64,000 nt of DNA, taken from Eledone cirrhosa (Eukaryota). Within the stretch, counting starts at the first letter, position 1, and each line of letters starts with the position of its first letter. Position numbers and translations under genes: made by a program. This document shows, one piece after another, positions 50,555 to 63,870 of this stretch. The notes below the pieces were generated by a model, which saw only the letters and a list, made by a program, of their open reading frames with translations, made no database searches and was not told the origin of the DNA. The stretch is from NCBI GenBank assembly GCA_964016885.1, contig OZ024748.1:11222001-11286000 (forward strand), read 5' to 3'.

Positions 50555-51550
50555 TCATCATCATCATCATCTTCGTTTAACGTCCATTATCCACGCTAGC
50601 ATGGGTTAGATGGGAGTTGTGCCACTTGAGGCAAGGTTGGTCGGGTGACCATGTCTCGCTCATATAGTACTGTATCTGGCAGGTTTTCTACGGCTGGATG
50701 CCCTTCCTAACACCAACCACGTTTACAGTGTGGACTGGGAACTTTTTACCGTGTTACCTACACGGCCACATTACAGCGTGGACTGTGTGTTTTACTGTGT
50801 TACCTACACGGCCACATTACAGCGTGGACTGTGTGTTTTACTGTATTACCTACACGGCCACATTACAGCGTGGACTGTGTGTTTTACCGTGTTACCTACA
50901 CGGCCACATTACAGCGTGGACTGTGTGTTTTACTGTGTTACCTACACGGCCACATTACAGCGTGGACTGTGTGTTTTACTGTATTACCTACACGGCCACA
51001 TTACAGCGTGGACTGTGTGTTTTACCGTGTTACCTACACGGCCACATTACAGCGTGGACTGTGTGTTTTACTGTGTTACCTACACGGCCACATTACAGCG
51101 TGGACTGTGTGTTTTACCGTGTTACCTACACGGCCACATTACAGTGTGGACTGTGTGTTTTACTGTGTTACCTACATGGCCACATTACAGCATGGACTGT
51201 GTGTTTTACCGTGTTAGCTACACGGCCACATTACAGCGTGGACTGTGTGTTTTACTGTGTTACCTACACGGCCACATTATAGCGTGGACTGTGTGTTTTA
51301 CCGTGTTACCTACACGGCCACATTACAGCGTGGACTGTGTGTTTTACTGTGTTACCTACACGGCCACATTACAGCGTGGACTGTGTGTTTTACCGTGTTA
51401 CCTACACGGCCACATTACAGCGTGGACTGTGTGTTTTACCGTGTTACCTACTCGGCCACATTACAGCGTGGACTGTGTGTTTTTTCTCGTGACACCTACA
51501 CAGCCACATTACAGTGTGGACTGTGTGTTTTTTCTCGTGACACCTACACA
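50555..51550 (-). repeat. SINE-derived element with ~17 x 46-bp tandem array
   Basis: Unit ttttacYgtgttacctacacggccacattacagcgtggactgtgtg. Confidence 0.93.
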
Positions 51551-51806
51551 ATCTCGAATTTGATGTTCTTCATTCTCATCTTATTTAGCAGACTTATTCG
51601 TTAAAGCATCCAACTGAAATACCTTGCAGTTTATGTTTCAGTCCTTTACACATTGCTGTTTATCCCAACAAAGCCCTCTCTGTCTCTGAGGTCTATAATT
51701 CAAAGTACTTATCATATACTGGGGTCAACTTAATTAACTAAGCCCTCTATCTCTAGCGTCTATAATTCAAAGTACTTTTCAAAAACTGAGGTCAATTGAT
51801 CAATTA

Positions 51807-51873
51807 TATTTTATTATACATATTTCAGAGGTACTGAGTAAAGTTGAACAGTACATCCTCATCAGATAAAATA
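51807..51873 (-). ncRNA. Minimal type I hammerhead ribozyme, family A (left arm of inverted pair)
   Basis: Minus strand: tattttat-CTGATGA-GGAtGTACTG(ttcaactttact)CAGTACcTCT-GAAA-tatgt-ATA/ataaaata. Confidence 0.85.
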
Positions 51874-51992
51874 AAATGATACAAGACATACATTGACATA
51901 TTAGATGGTTAAGATTTAGTCATGGTAGATTTAATCATCAGCATGACTAAATCTTAACCATCTAATATGTCAGGGTATGTCATGTATCACTT

Positions 51993-52059
51993 TATTTTAT
52001 CTGATGAGGACATACTGTTCAACTTAACTCAGTACCTCTGAAATATGTATAATAAAATA
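51993..52059 (+). ncRNA. Minimal type I hammerhead ribozyme, family A (right arm of inverted pair)
   Basis: tattttat-CTGATGA(52001)-GGAcaTACTG(ttcaacttaact)CAGTAccTCT-GAAA(52040)-tatgt-ATA/ataaaata. Confidence 0.85.
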
Positions 52060-52258
52060 TAATTGATCACAAGAATATCTATTTTGTTAATATTTTGAAT
52101 TAATATTAATAACTCTGGAAAACCTTGCTGTTGAGTGCTTCCAATCTATTGTAAAACTCATTCTTTGTATTCATTGAACCTTGTTTAAATTTTAAATATA
52201 TATATATGTATATATATACATGTATGTATATGTATATGTATGTCTGTATGTATGTATG

Positions 52259-52310
<52 letters not shown>

Positions 52311-52336
52311 CAAAAGATGGTTAAAAGAGTTCCATG

Positions 52337-52404
52337 TATTTTATTATACGCATTTCAAAAACAAATATCATGGGATGATATTTGTGTTCTCATCAGATAA
52401 AATA
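52337..52404 (-). ncRNA. Minimal type I hammerhead ribozyme, family A
   Basis: Minus strand: tattttat-CTGATGA-GAAcACAAATATCAT(ccc)ATGATATTTGTtTTT-GAAA-tgcgt-ATA/ataaaata. Confidence 0.85.
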
Positions 52405-52778
52405 GGGAGACCTGATATGAAGCTTAAAAAACACTTGCGAGCAGGGAAGTGTTAAATCAACATATGAAAAATAAAATAAGATGGATATAAGAGATTGGGA
52501 AAGGAAGGGGGGGGGGGGGGAGGGGAGGGAAGGAAAAGGTGAGGAAGAAAGAATATAATAAGAAAAAAAAATATAATAATAAGGAAAGGATGACGGAGGA
52601 GGAGTATAAGAAGGAAGGATGAGAGAGGAGGAGGAAATGAATGAGAGAGATAACCTTTAATACTGAGAAACACTGTCTCACAGAGAGTATATTATTTATA
52701 CTCCAGTCCTATAAACTGTTGAGTGCTACTTATCCGATATTTGCATTGCTTTATTGTGCTACAATAAAACTCACCTCC

Positions 52779-52827
<49 letters not shown>

Positions 52828-52901
52828 TGGGGAATAAGTAGGTGAAGATGAATAAGGAACAAGCAGTAGATATTCACCAGGTATTGCTCTCTCTCTCTCT
52901 C

Positions 52902-52968
<67 letters not shown>

Positions 52969-53473
52969 ATTAAATCTAATTGGCCCTTAGTCAGATTATC
53001 TTTATACAGTAAAGGTGGATAAGAAGAGGGTTTTATATTTTGTAAGGTAAATTAGTGTATTGAAGAGCAGATTATATACACATATTTATACATACAGATA
53101 TATATATGTATGTATGTATGTATTTATGTTTATATATATATATATATATATATATATGTTTATGTATGTATTTATGTATATCTATAGATGTATGTATTTA
53201 TGTATATATATATGTGTATGTATGTATGTGTGTGTGTATAGTGTATATATGTATATGTATATATGTATATATATATATGTATATATATATATGTATATAT
53301 ATATATGTATATATATATATGTATATATATATATATGTATATATATATATGTATATGTATATGTATATATATGTATATGTATATGTATATATGTATATGT
53401 ATATATGTATATGTATATATGTATATATATATATGTATATATATATGTGTATATATATATATGTGTATATGTA

Positions 53474-53533
<60 letters not shown>

Positions 53534-53535
<2 letters not shown>

Positions 53536-53880
53536 AGGCACATGGCTTAGTGGTTAGAGCATTGGCCTTGCAATCGAAAGGTTGTGAGTTCAATTCTCAG
53601 ACCAGGTGATGTTGTTTCCTTGAGCAAGACACTTTATTTCACATTGCTCCAGTTTACTCAGCTGTAGAAATGAGATGATAGGGACTGGGTTCCCTATCAT
53701 TCCACTGCAAAGTGGACGTGTAGGCGCCACGGCAAAAAAGCACCCAGCACTCACTGTAAATGAGGTTGGTGTTAGGAAGGGCATCCAGCTGTAGAAATCA
53801 AGCCAGAATCAGATCCCGTCCCACCCTTGCAAGCAGGGAAAAGCGGACATAAAATGAAATGAAAAAATGAATGAAATGAA
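53534..53880 (+). mobile_element. tRNA-derived SINE, same family as 6692-7035
   Basis: Near-identical full-length copy. Confidence 0.85.
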
Positions 53881-54389
53881 ATGTGTGTATATATGTATAT
53901 ATATAGAGTGAATGTGCATGGCTTTGTAGAGTTAGAGTTGGATTCACAATCGTGAGGCTGTGAGTTCAATTCATGGGCCAGGCAATGCATTATGTCCTTG
54001 GGCAAGACATTTTATTTCACATTGTTGTTTCTGCCAGGAATTCTAACTAGTAGATATATTTCTTTATCAGCAATGGAAAGACCAAGGAAACGGTGTTTCC
54101 TTGGTCTGATTTGACGAGTTCTACCTCACTCAGAAAGTGAATTTGCAACCTCATGATTGCAAATCCAATTTTCTAACCACTAAGCCATGCGCTATAACCA
54201 TCTTGCTAATAGTGAACTGCAATTATTGTTGCATTCTATAAATAGCAGTTGCAGATAAATTCTTGTTTGTTTGATTTTTTTTCTTTTAAACATCAAAATA
54301 GCAACAAATGTTGGTAGATATTGATATAACTCTGTAAATGTTGGCTTCTGTTGAAATAGTTACATCTACTACTGTTGAAATTAATTTCA

Positions 54390-55030
54390 ACATTAACATC
54401 ATCATCATCATTGTCATCATTATCGTCATCATCGTTGTCATCATCATCATCATCATCATCTGCATCACCATTATTATCATCATCACCACTGCCACCACCA
54501 GCAAAATCATCGTCTTTGTTATCATCATCATCAACATCACTATTATCATCACCACCACCACCATCACCACCTCCAGCAGCAACATCATCATCATCATCAT
54601 CACTACTGCCAGCATCATCATCAACATCACTATTATCACCACCTCCACCAACATCATCATCATCATCACTACTGCCAGCATCATCATCACCACCACCACC
54701 ATTATCATCGCCATCACCACCACCTCCACCTCCAGCAACAACATCATCATCATCACTACTGCCAGCATCATCATCAGCACCACCATTATCATCACCACCA
54801 CCTCCACCTCCAGCAACAACATCATCATTATCACTACTGCCAGCATCATCATCATCACCACCATTATCATCACCATCACCACCACCTCCACCTCCAGCAA
54901 CATCATCATCATCATTATCACTACTGCCAGCATCATCATCATCACCACCATTATCATCACCACCACCTCCACCTCCAGCAACATCATCATCATTATCACT
55001 ACTGCCAGCATCATCAACATCACTATTATG
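54390..55030. repeat. (CAT/CAC)n compound trinucleotide repeat with higher-order unit
   Basis: Recurring cactactgccagcatcatcatc...cacctccagcaac. Confidence 0.92.
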
Positions 55031-55292
55031 TTTTGTACAGCCCTTGTACAGTATTTTAGTGTATGCACCATCTAGTTTCTTCTTAATTCATCAGCATTTA
55101 AACCAGCTGTATCCAGCCAGAATTCTCTCACCTCTTTCTGTTCAAACCAGCCATAACTGGCTGCTCATACTGATGTTATGGTATTGCTCTCAAAATAAAT
55201 ATCAAAATCTCATAGATTCGATATTATGTGAGATAATTATGTGAGGTAAAGCCTTTGCTGTGAAAGAAAATATAATGGTAAATATAGAGTAA

Positions 55293-55710
55293 TGTAGCTA
55301 GGTCGCTCTCATCTGGTCACATGTAGCTAGGTCACTTGGAATTGGGTCACTTGTAGCTAAATCGCTCTCATCTGGATCACTTGTAGCTAAATCGCTCTCA
55401 TCTGGATCACTTGTAGCTTGGTCGCCCTCCCCTGGGTCACGTGAAGCTAGGTCACTTGGAATTGGGTCACTTATAGCTACATTGATCTCGTCTGGGTCAC
55501 TTGTAGCTAGGTTGCTCTCGTCTGGGTCACGTATAGCTAGGTCACTTGGAATTGGGTCACGTGTAGCTAGGTCGCTCTCGTCTGGGTCACGTATAGCTAG
55601 GTCACTTGGAATTGGGTCACGTGTAGCTAGGTCGCTCTCACCTGCGTCACACATAGCTGTTACTCTCAACTGGGTCACATACAGCTAGGTCACTCTCAAC
55701 TGGGTCAGGC
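55293..55710. repeat. 30-bp minisatellite, ~13 copies, two variant unit types
   Basis: gtagctaggtcgctctcRtctgggtcac and gtagctaggtcacttggaattgggtcac. Confidence 0.9.
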
Positions 55711-56084
55711 AACTAGGGAACTAAGACATTCTTAACTGAGTTACCCATAAGTGGGTCATCCTCAATTAGGGAACTCTTAACTGGGTTATCATTATCTGGG
55801 TCCTCCTTAATTGGTTCCTCCATAAATAGTTGTTCACCCAATAGAGTGGGTTTTAAATGGGTCATCTATTAGTGGACTCACCAGATGTCGAGATGATTGG
55901 GGCTAAGCACCAGATCCATCAGATGTCCAGATTATTGGAGCTAACCAGTTTTCATCAAGCATAAAGCAGTTGAGGGTATTAAGATGTTTGGACCATAACT
56001 CAAAATGTAATGGAAGGATTTTAGATAAATATAAACTGCTTTGTAGAATAGAATTGAGGTTTCACTCTTATGTACAAAAGAATG

Positions 56085-56290
56085 ACTGTATGACGCCTGT
56101 GAGTGAAGTCTGATGCTGCACGGGAGTAAAACATGGGCAGTGACTGTAGAAGACATGCGTAGACTGGAGAGAATTGAAGCAACCAGGCTTTGTTGGATGT
56201 TCAACGTAAATGTGAGAGAAAGGCAGAGCTTGGATGAGTTGGGGGAGAAGCTAGGTTTAAGAGGAATCTGAGGTGGTGTGCAGGAGAGAA
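56085..56290 (+). mobile_element. Decayed RTE LINE fragment
   Basis: Translates with a stop as LYDACE*SLMLHGSKTWAVTVEDMRRLERIEATRLCWMFNVNV. Confidence 0.75.
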
Positions 56291-56819
56291 GCAGTGTCTT
56301 TCATTAGAAATACGGTAACAAAAGTATTAAGCAGAACCCCTGCCCCTCACTAAGTGAAACCAGTACCATGAATGCAGTGGAGTTAATGTAATCAGATAAA
56401 TACTCCCCACCTCTTTCAAACAAATTGTTGTTGTTGTTATTGTTGTATAGATCGAGGTCAGCAATGATCAAGCAAATCAGATCTAAGTTATGCAGGTGGG
56501 TAGGTTTGTAGGTAGGTGGATCGATAGGTGGAGATGTAGATAGGCGGGTAGATCGATAGGTAGGTAGACAGGTGTGTGGGTAGATAGGTAGATGGGTAGC
56601 ATGTAAGGTAGGTAGAGAGGTAGGTAAGTGGGTGGGTGTTTGGGTAGGTGAGAGGGTGGGAGGGTAGGTAGGTGGATATGTAGGTAGGTAGGTAGGTAGG
56701 TAGGTAATTGGCCCAATGTCAATGCCTGAAATTACTTTCTTTGTTCATGTTTAGAGTAATCAATATTAGTCTGGTATTTCAGCAACTGAGAGTTGCTTTA
56801 AATTTTAATTTTTTTTTTG

Positions 56820-57550
56820 GGGGGGGGGTGACTGGTGGTGGTGGGGTAGGGGGTAGTGGTGGTGGTGAGGGTGAGGATGGTAGGTGGGGGTAGTGGTAGT
56901 GGTGGTGATGGGGGTGAGGGTGGTGATGGGGGGGGGAGTGGTGGTGAGGGTGAGGGTGGCAGGTGGGGGGGAGTGGTGGTGAGGATGGTAGGGGGGGGGG
57001 GGTAGTGGTGGTGGTGATGGTGGGGGTAGAAGTGGTGGTGGGGGTGAGGTTGAAGAGTTGGGGTAGTAATGGTGGTGGTGGTGATGAAGGTGGCTGTGGT
57101 GAGGGTGAAGGGTGGGTGTAGTAGTGGTGGTGATGGTGATGAAGGTGGCTGTGGTGAGGGTGAAGGGTGGGTGTAGTAGTGGTGGTGATGGTGATGAAGG
57201 TGGGGGTAGTAGTGGTGGTGATGGTGATGAAGGTGGCTGTGGTGGTGATGGTGATGAAGGTGGCGGTAGTAGTGGTGGTGATGATGAAGGTGGCTGTGGT
57301 GGTGATGGTGATGAAGGTGGCTGTGGTTATGAGGGTGAATGGTGGGGGTGGTGGTGGTGGTGGTGGTAGTGATGAAGGTGGTTGTGGTGGTGGTGGGGAT
57401 GAGGATGGTAGTGGTGGTGATTGTAGGTAGTGGCTGTGAGCTTCCAGTTAGGGTAGTGATGGTGGTGGTATTAGTGAGGGTGGTGGCTGTGGTGGTGGTG
57501 GTAGTACAGATGAGAGGGTGAGGGTTTGGAGGAGGGGGGGGGGGGGTAGC
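56820..57550. repeat. (GGT)n / G-rich low-complexity tract
   Basis: Repeated ggtggtgatggtgatgaa. Confidence 0.9.
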
Positions 57551-57824
57551 ATGAACTCCTCACCTCTTCTACTTCTCCCGCCCCCCCCCCCTTTTTTTTT
57601 CAGCTCTTCCCTCCTAAATATTTTTTGGTTTCCAGCATATGTCAGCTGAAGAATCATTAAAACAGCTAAGAATGATAGATCTTAAAGGAAGTCAGAAGAG
57701 ATGATTCAGTGAGGAGGGAGATAGGATGAGAGGGGGGGGGGGGGGAGTACAAATTGGAAGTAAGACAAATAAATAAAATATAATAAATAAAATGAAATAA
57801 AATGAAGATATCTTCCCACTGATT

Positions 57825-57834
<10 letters not shown>

Positions 57835-57873
<39 letters not shown>

Positions 57874-59075
57874 GTATTATATATTATATTATATATATGT
57901 ATGTATTATATATTATATTATATATATGTATTATATATATGTATATATTATATTATATATATGTATATATTATATTATATATATGTATATATTATATATA
58001 TGTATATATTATATTATATATATGTATTATATTATATATATGTATTATATATTATATTATATATATGCATATATTATATATATGTATATATTATATTATA
58101 TGTATATATTATATTATATATATGTATGTATTATATATTATATATATGTATGTATTATATATTATATATATGTATGTATTATATATTATATATATGTATG
58201 TATTATATATTATATATATGTATGTATTATATATTATATATATGTATGTATTATATATTATATATATGTATGTATTATATATTATATATATGTATGTATT
58301 ATATATTATATATATGTATGTATTATATATTATATATATGTATGTATTATATATTATATTATATATATGTATATATTATATTATATATATGTATATATTA
58401 TATTATATATATGTATATATTATATTATATATATGTATATATTATATTATATATATGTATGTATTATATATTATATATATATGTATGTATTATATATTAT
58501 ATTATATATATGTATGTATTATATATTATATGAATATATTATATATTATATTATATATATGTATATATTATATTATATATATGTATATATTATATTATAT
58601 ATATGTATATATTATATTATATATATGTATATATTATATTATATATATGTATATATTATATTATATATATGTATGTATTATATATATTTTATATATATAT
58701 ATTTTAATTTTATATATATATATATGGTATTTTATATATATATATATATATATATTATATTTTATATATATATATTATATTTTATATATATATATTATAT
58801 TTTATATATATATATATTATATTTTATATATATATATATTATATTTTATATATATATATTATATTTTATATATATATATATTATATTTTATATATATATA
58901 TATTATATTTTATATATATTATATTATATTTTATATATATATATTATATATATATATTATATTTTATATATATATATTATATTTTTTATATATATATATA
59001 TATTTTTTATATATATTATATTTTTAATATATATATATATATTATATTTTTTATATATATTTATTTATATTATAA
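57835..59075. repeat. AT-rich satellite
   Basis: (tattatatattatatatatgtatg)n and variants. Confidence 0.95.
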
Positions 59076-59204
59076 ATGGATATTAAATGTAGATATATAT
59101 GTGTGTGTGTGTGTGTATGTATTAATGGGTGTTAAATGCTGCTGATTATATATATATATTATATATATATATATTTATATATATATATATAATATATATA
59201 TGCA

Positions 59205-59465
59205 AAAGTTCTATTTAAATTGTTGGGATACAACAAGCAAATATTTTTATAACTGATATAAAGCACTCGACAAGTATTTGGAGTAAATATACGATATTAA
59301 CAAATGGAAACTATATTTATAAAACCTTATCTATTTTATTATACATATTTCAATGATACCATGTTAAATTATGGTATGCTTTCATCAGACAAAATACAAT
59401 ATATACCAGTTTTATAAATAAATATTGACATACCCTTTCAAAATGCAACCGTTACTTTTGGAAGA
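59205..59465 (-). mobile_element. Hammerhead-bearing dispersed repeat (Penelope pLTR-like), family A long copy
   Basis: Second long copy of the 7072-7340 element. Confidence 0.7.
59332..59396 (-). ncRNA. Minimal type I hammerhead ribozyme, family A
   Basis: Minus strand: tattttgt-CTGATGA-AAgcATACCAT(aatttaac)ATGGTATcaTT-GAAA-tatgt-ATA/ataaaata. Confidence 0.85.
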
Positions 59466-59869
59466 CATCAGGGAGACATCAGAAGCCAGTTGTCCTGTGG
59501 TTTGTGATTGGCTAAAGTTGCACTCCTTATAGTATTCAAAATAGCCAAACCTGGATTAAGTGATAGATTTTACTGAAATCACAAAAATACCTGAATATTT
59601 GAATTGTTTTAGAAACTGAGAGTTTTGTTTAAGATCAACAACAGAACAATTCATTTAACTAGTTTTACCTTACTTTGGTTTTTATTTTAACATCTTTTAA
59701 TACACATACACTCACATACATATATATTTACAATCACATACATATATATATGTATATACACACACATATAAATGCACACATTACACACACATATATATGC
59801 ACACATATATACACACACACACATATGCACACATATACACACACACACATATGCATACATATACACACT

Positions 59870-60100
59870 CAAGAGTAGCACAGAGGAGACTGAGGTTAGC
59901 TGGACATGCTCACCGACATCCTGAGTTGACATTGCACTCAGTGCTACTGTTGGAGCCCCTGCATGGACACACCGAAGAGGAAGACTGAGGTTAACATATG
60001 TTGATGCCCTAAGGACAGACACTGGTCTCTTAGAGATGCAGGACATGGCAGCAATAATGAGGGACTGAGACCGCTGGAGAGAACTCGTCCATGGATCTTG
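59870..60100 (+). mobile_element. RTE-X-like LINE 3' fragment
   Basis: SRVAQRRLRLAGHAHRHPEL..LLLEPLHGH, then after a frameshift RGRLRLTYVDALRTDTGL. Confidence 0.75.
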
Positions 60101-60231
60101 GGAAATTTTTCCACACTAAACATATACACATTAATATGCACACATACACACACACATATACACACACACTTCACTTGAAAAGTACACCCTTGAAAAGGCT
60201 TGCCAAATACGAGCTGAAACTGTTAGGCATC

Positions 60232-60680
60232 GTCGGCATGTCCAGCTAACCTCAGTCTCCTCTGTGTCACTTTTGAGCTGGCTTTTGGGAGGCTCCCATA
60301 CAGCTCTGAGTTTTTCATCCTCAGTGTATATTGATTAATGTTCAGAGCCATCCTCAGCATTCTCGTGTAGCACCCATCCACCATCTGAGTGAGTTTCTTG
60401 GTCAGTGTCCAAGTCTCAGACCCGTACAACAACACAAAATGAAGAGGCGGATTTTCAGGTCTTTACGAAGGTCCAACTTCCACACCGATCTCAAGCTGTG
60501 GCACGCCGCCCAGGCTTTGCTCTTCCTCTCAACTACATCATCTTCCGCATTCCCAATCTTTGACTTCCCAAATACAGGAAGTCCTCAACCAATTCTAGTG
60601 GCTTCCCGCCTACATTAGTGATCTCCTCTGGCTTCTCAACATTCTCTACCAGATATTTTGTTTTAGTCTCATTCATTCTG
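60232..60680 (-). mobile_element. RTE-X-like LINE fragment (end of RT region)
   Basis: MNETKTKYL...LELVEDFLYLGS and LLYGSETWTLTK...DGCYTRMLRMALNI...QRRLRLAGHA. Confidence 0.8.
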
Positions 60681-60682
60681 TG

Positions 60683-60713
<31 letters not shown>

Positions 60714-60721
60714 GTATATGT

Positions 60722-60760
<39 letters not shown>

Positions 60761-61415
60761 ACTACTATTGCTACTACAAGATAGTTAGTCTACCTATCCC
60801 TAGTCTAAAGATTTTAATTCTTAATGTGATGCAGCCATAGTGCTGTTTTATACTTTCAAGAATCTCTTGCTGATATGGTTTCAGGTGCTTTGTTAATTCA
60901 AATGCTTATAGTATCTTTACTGGTTAACAGACTGTTGTAAAAATGTACCGTATTAGACTGAAGACTTTAATCTTAAATATGATGCAATTATAATGCTGTT
61001 TTGTGCCTTTCAAAAATGTCTTGTTTCATATGGTACATGACATTAAGAGTTGGTCCATAGCTGATATTAATCATGGGCTTTTGTTAATAAAAATCCTTCT
61101 CTCCTCTTTTTATATGTACTAGACACACACATACACACACACATACACACACACACTCTCTCTCTAAACAAATGACATTCCTTTTCTCTATGTACATATC
61201 TCTTTTGCTTGGTGCTCTCCTTCCCTCTATATAGATGAGGGCGGTGTCATAACTTTGTGTCTATCTACCTCTTTCTGTCACCTTGAAAACACACATTGTT
61301 CCCTTTTCTCTCTCTATCGATGTACATCTCTTTCGCTTGGCACTTCCCCCCTCTATATAAAGTGAGCGTAATCGATGGACGGACAGACAGACAGCATTCT
61401 AATTATAGTTTAGAC

Positions 61416-61702
61416 CAGTCATGGGCAACCTACGGCCTGCGAAGCTTTCTAAATAGCTCACCTAAGTCACCTAAGTGAAATCTCTTTGATTTTTCTACCC
61501 CAACTTTTCAGTCGTAATTTATCTTTCTATCATTTTTACGATCGAGGAAAACATGTACGAATTCTGAAGAAACAAATTAAAACAACCCGAGTTATCGCCC
61601 TTTTATTAATGTGGGCATGAATGTAAATTAGCGCGTGTGGCCCACCTGATGATGACCCATATCTCATGCAGCCCGCTTTTTGAAAAAGGTTGCCCATGCC
61701 TG
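61416..61702. mobile_element. hAT (Charlie-type) MITE
   Basis: TIRs CAGTCATGGGCAACCT / AGGTTGCCCATGCCTG; imperfect 8-bp TSD gtttagac / gtatagat. Confidence 0.85.
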
Positions 61703-62044
61703 GTATAGATTTTCTGGCACCGAGAAGGACATCTTTACATGTACTTCATGTCATCTGTATGTACTTCATGTGCTTATGTTCACCACAAGAGAGGCATTCC
61801 TTTCATGACTAACCTATTAAAAAAGCATTGAGTGAATGACAGTAAATTACTGGTACATTGTTTGATCCTAGAGTAATCAATGAAAGTTAATATTTGCTTC
61901 CAGTAGAAATTGGAAACTGAAGAAAGAGGGGGATAATTTTTGACTATTGTAACTGATAGCTTTTAGTACCTCCCCCTCTCTCTTTCTCTATCTCTCTTTA
62001 CCTATTTACTGGCACTACATTATATCAACTATTTGTCAGCTTCA

Positions 62045-62302
62045 TCACCACTACCACAACCCACCACCACCCAGCCACCACCACCACCCAGCCACCAACC
62101 ACCACTACCTACACCACCAACCACCACCACCTACACCACCAACCACCACTACCTACACCACCAACCACCACTACCTACACCACCAACCACCAACACCACC
62201 ACCAACCACCACTACCACCCCCCACCAACCAACACCACCACCAGCTAACACCACCAACCAACACCACCATCAACCACCACCACCATCAACCACCACCACC
62301 AC
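62045..62302. repeat. (CAC/CAA)n tract
   Basis: Repeated accaccaaccaccactacctac. Confidence 0.9.
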
Positions 62303-62584
62303 TGGCAAGCTGAAACAATAATAACTATTATTGTGTTCCGTTAAATAGCTACTTAGAGAGAAAATAAAAGCAGCACAACAAACTAAACTACTAGTCTATA
62401 TAGTAATCACTAAACACCAAACTACTAAATTGAGCAGTTTGTCTTATCATCACAGCAGAAAATTAGTAAGCATTAGTGTTAGCCAATTAGTAGTTTGTAT
62501 AAATGACCAACTTACATATACGCTAACTCTTGTCAATTGGTAATATTTATTGCTGCATTTATTTATCAATAAAAGACTTAATAA

Positions 62585-62890
62585 TAATTGTTTCTACTTT
62601 TGGCACAAGGCCAGCAATTATCCCGGTACATTACTGGTACTTTATTTTATCGACCCTGTAAGGATGAAAGGCAAAGTTAACCTCGGCGGGATTTGAACTC
62701 ACAACATAAAGGGTCGTAACTCTATACTGCAAAGTATGGTGTCTGATGCTTTACCAATACTGCCAGATATAATAATAATTGTTTCTACTTTTGGCACAAG
62801 GCCAGCAATTACCCCAGTGTATTACTGGTACTTTATTTTATCGACCCTATAAGGATGAAAGGCAAAGCTAACCTTGGCAGGATCTGAACT
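62585..62890 (-). mobile_element. Two tandem SINE family 2 copies
   Basis: aattgtttctacttttggcacaaggccagc occurs at ~62586 and ~62777. Confidence 0.8.
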
Positions 62891-63279
62891 GAAAGGTCCC
62901 TTGCAAACCCTATACTGTTCCTGTTTGATCTCCCAAGACTATATTCCAGTTTTTTACTATTTATACTTACTGTTGTTATCATTGTGTGGTTAGTTAGTCA
63001 TTTCTTACAATACCAGATGTTAAGAGAGAGAGAGAGAGAGTGCTGTGTATGTTAGCTACTATTAAAGATCATAAAATATTCTTACTGTTGATGGATTAAC
63101 ACTTATTGTAAACACAGCTGGTAGCAGTATTTTAGCTGTTGCTGTTGTTGTTGTTGCTGTTGGTTGTTGTCATTCTTCACAACTGTTTTCATTGTAAATA
63201 TATTTCACCAAGTTAATAATTTTTTAATGATTGAAATGAGACCAACCACTTCTTTCAGCAGCAGTAATCTCTGTCTTTT

Positions 63280-63650
63280 ATAGTTGTCTGTCTCTCTCTT
63301 GCATAATATTCTCCAGGAAGATGTTGAAAAGTACTAAAGAGAGAGAGAGGAGACATCCTGTCAAACTCCAACTGTTATCTTGAAGAAGTCTCTCTGATTT
63401 TGTTATTAAAGAGAACTGCACTGTTGGAGTTTTTGTGCATTGCTTGGATTGCTTGGGTGAGAGATTGCTGTCGAAGTTGCCACATAGTGCTGGGCCCATG
63501 GTAGCATGTGACGACAAGTGCAGAGAGATCTCCAGATATAAAGGAATGCCTGTGCCGTGAAGCTTTTATAGTGAGCAAAGGCACTGCACAAAGCCAGTCC
63601 CACTCTCTTAACCAAGATGATATTTACCAAAAAGAACAAGTCAACATGTG
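63280..63650 (-). mobile_element. Decayed RTE-type reverse transcriptase fragment; related copy ~45100-45305
   Basis: Frameshifted QAIQAMHKNSNSAVLFN..FKITVGV..GCLLS..LFNIFLENIM; ~170 bp nearly identical to 45108-45276. Confidence 0.7.
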
Positions 63651-63662
63651 TGTGTGTGTATG

Positions 63663-63698
<36 letters not shown>

Positions 63699-63817
63699 AT
63701 ATATATATACATACACACACACACACATATATATATATAATATATATATATATACACACACACACATATATATATACATATACATACACACACACACAAC
63801 CATATATATATATACAT

Positions 63818-63870
<53 letters not shown>

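Noticed and set aside
54286-55244. Ser/Pro/Thr/Ile-rich mucin- or extensin-like ORFs
   Set aside because: Trinucleotide repeat open in several frames.
55298-55678. Acidic 10-aa repeat ORF (DLATSDPDES) on the minus strand
   Set aside because: Explained by a 30-bp minisatellite; no recognisable domain or splice support.
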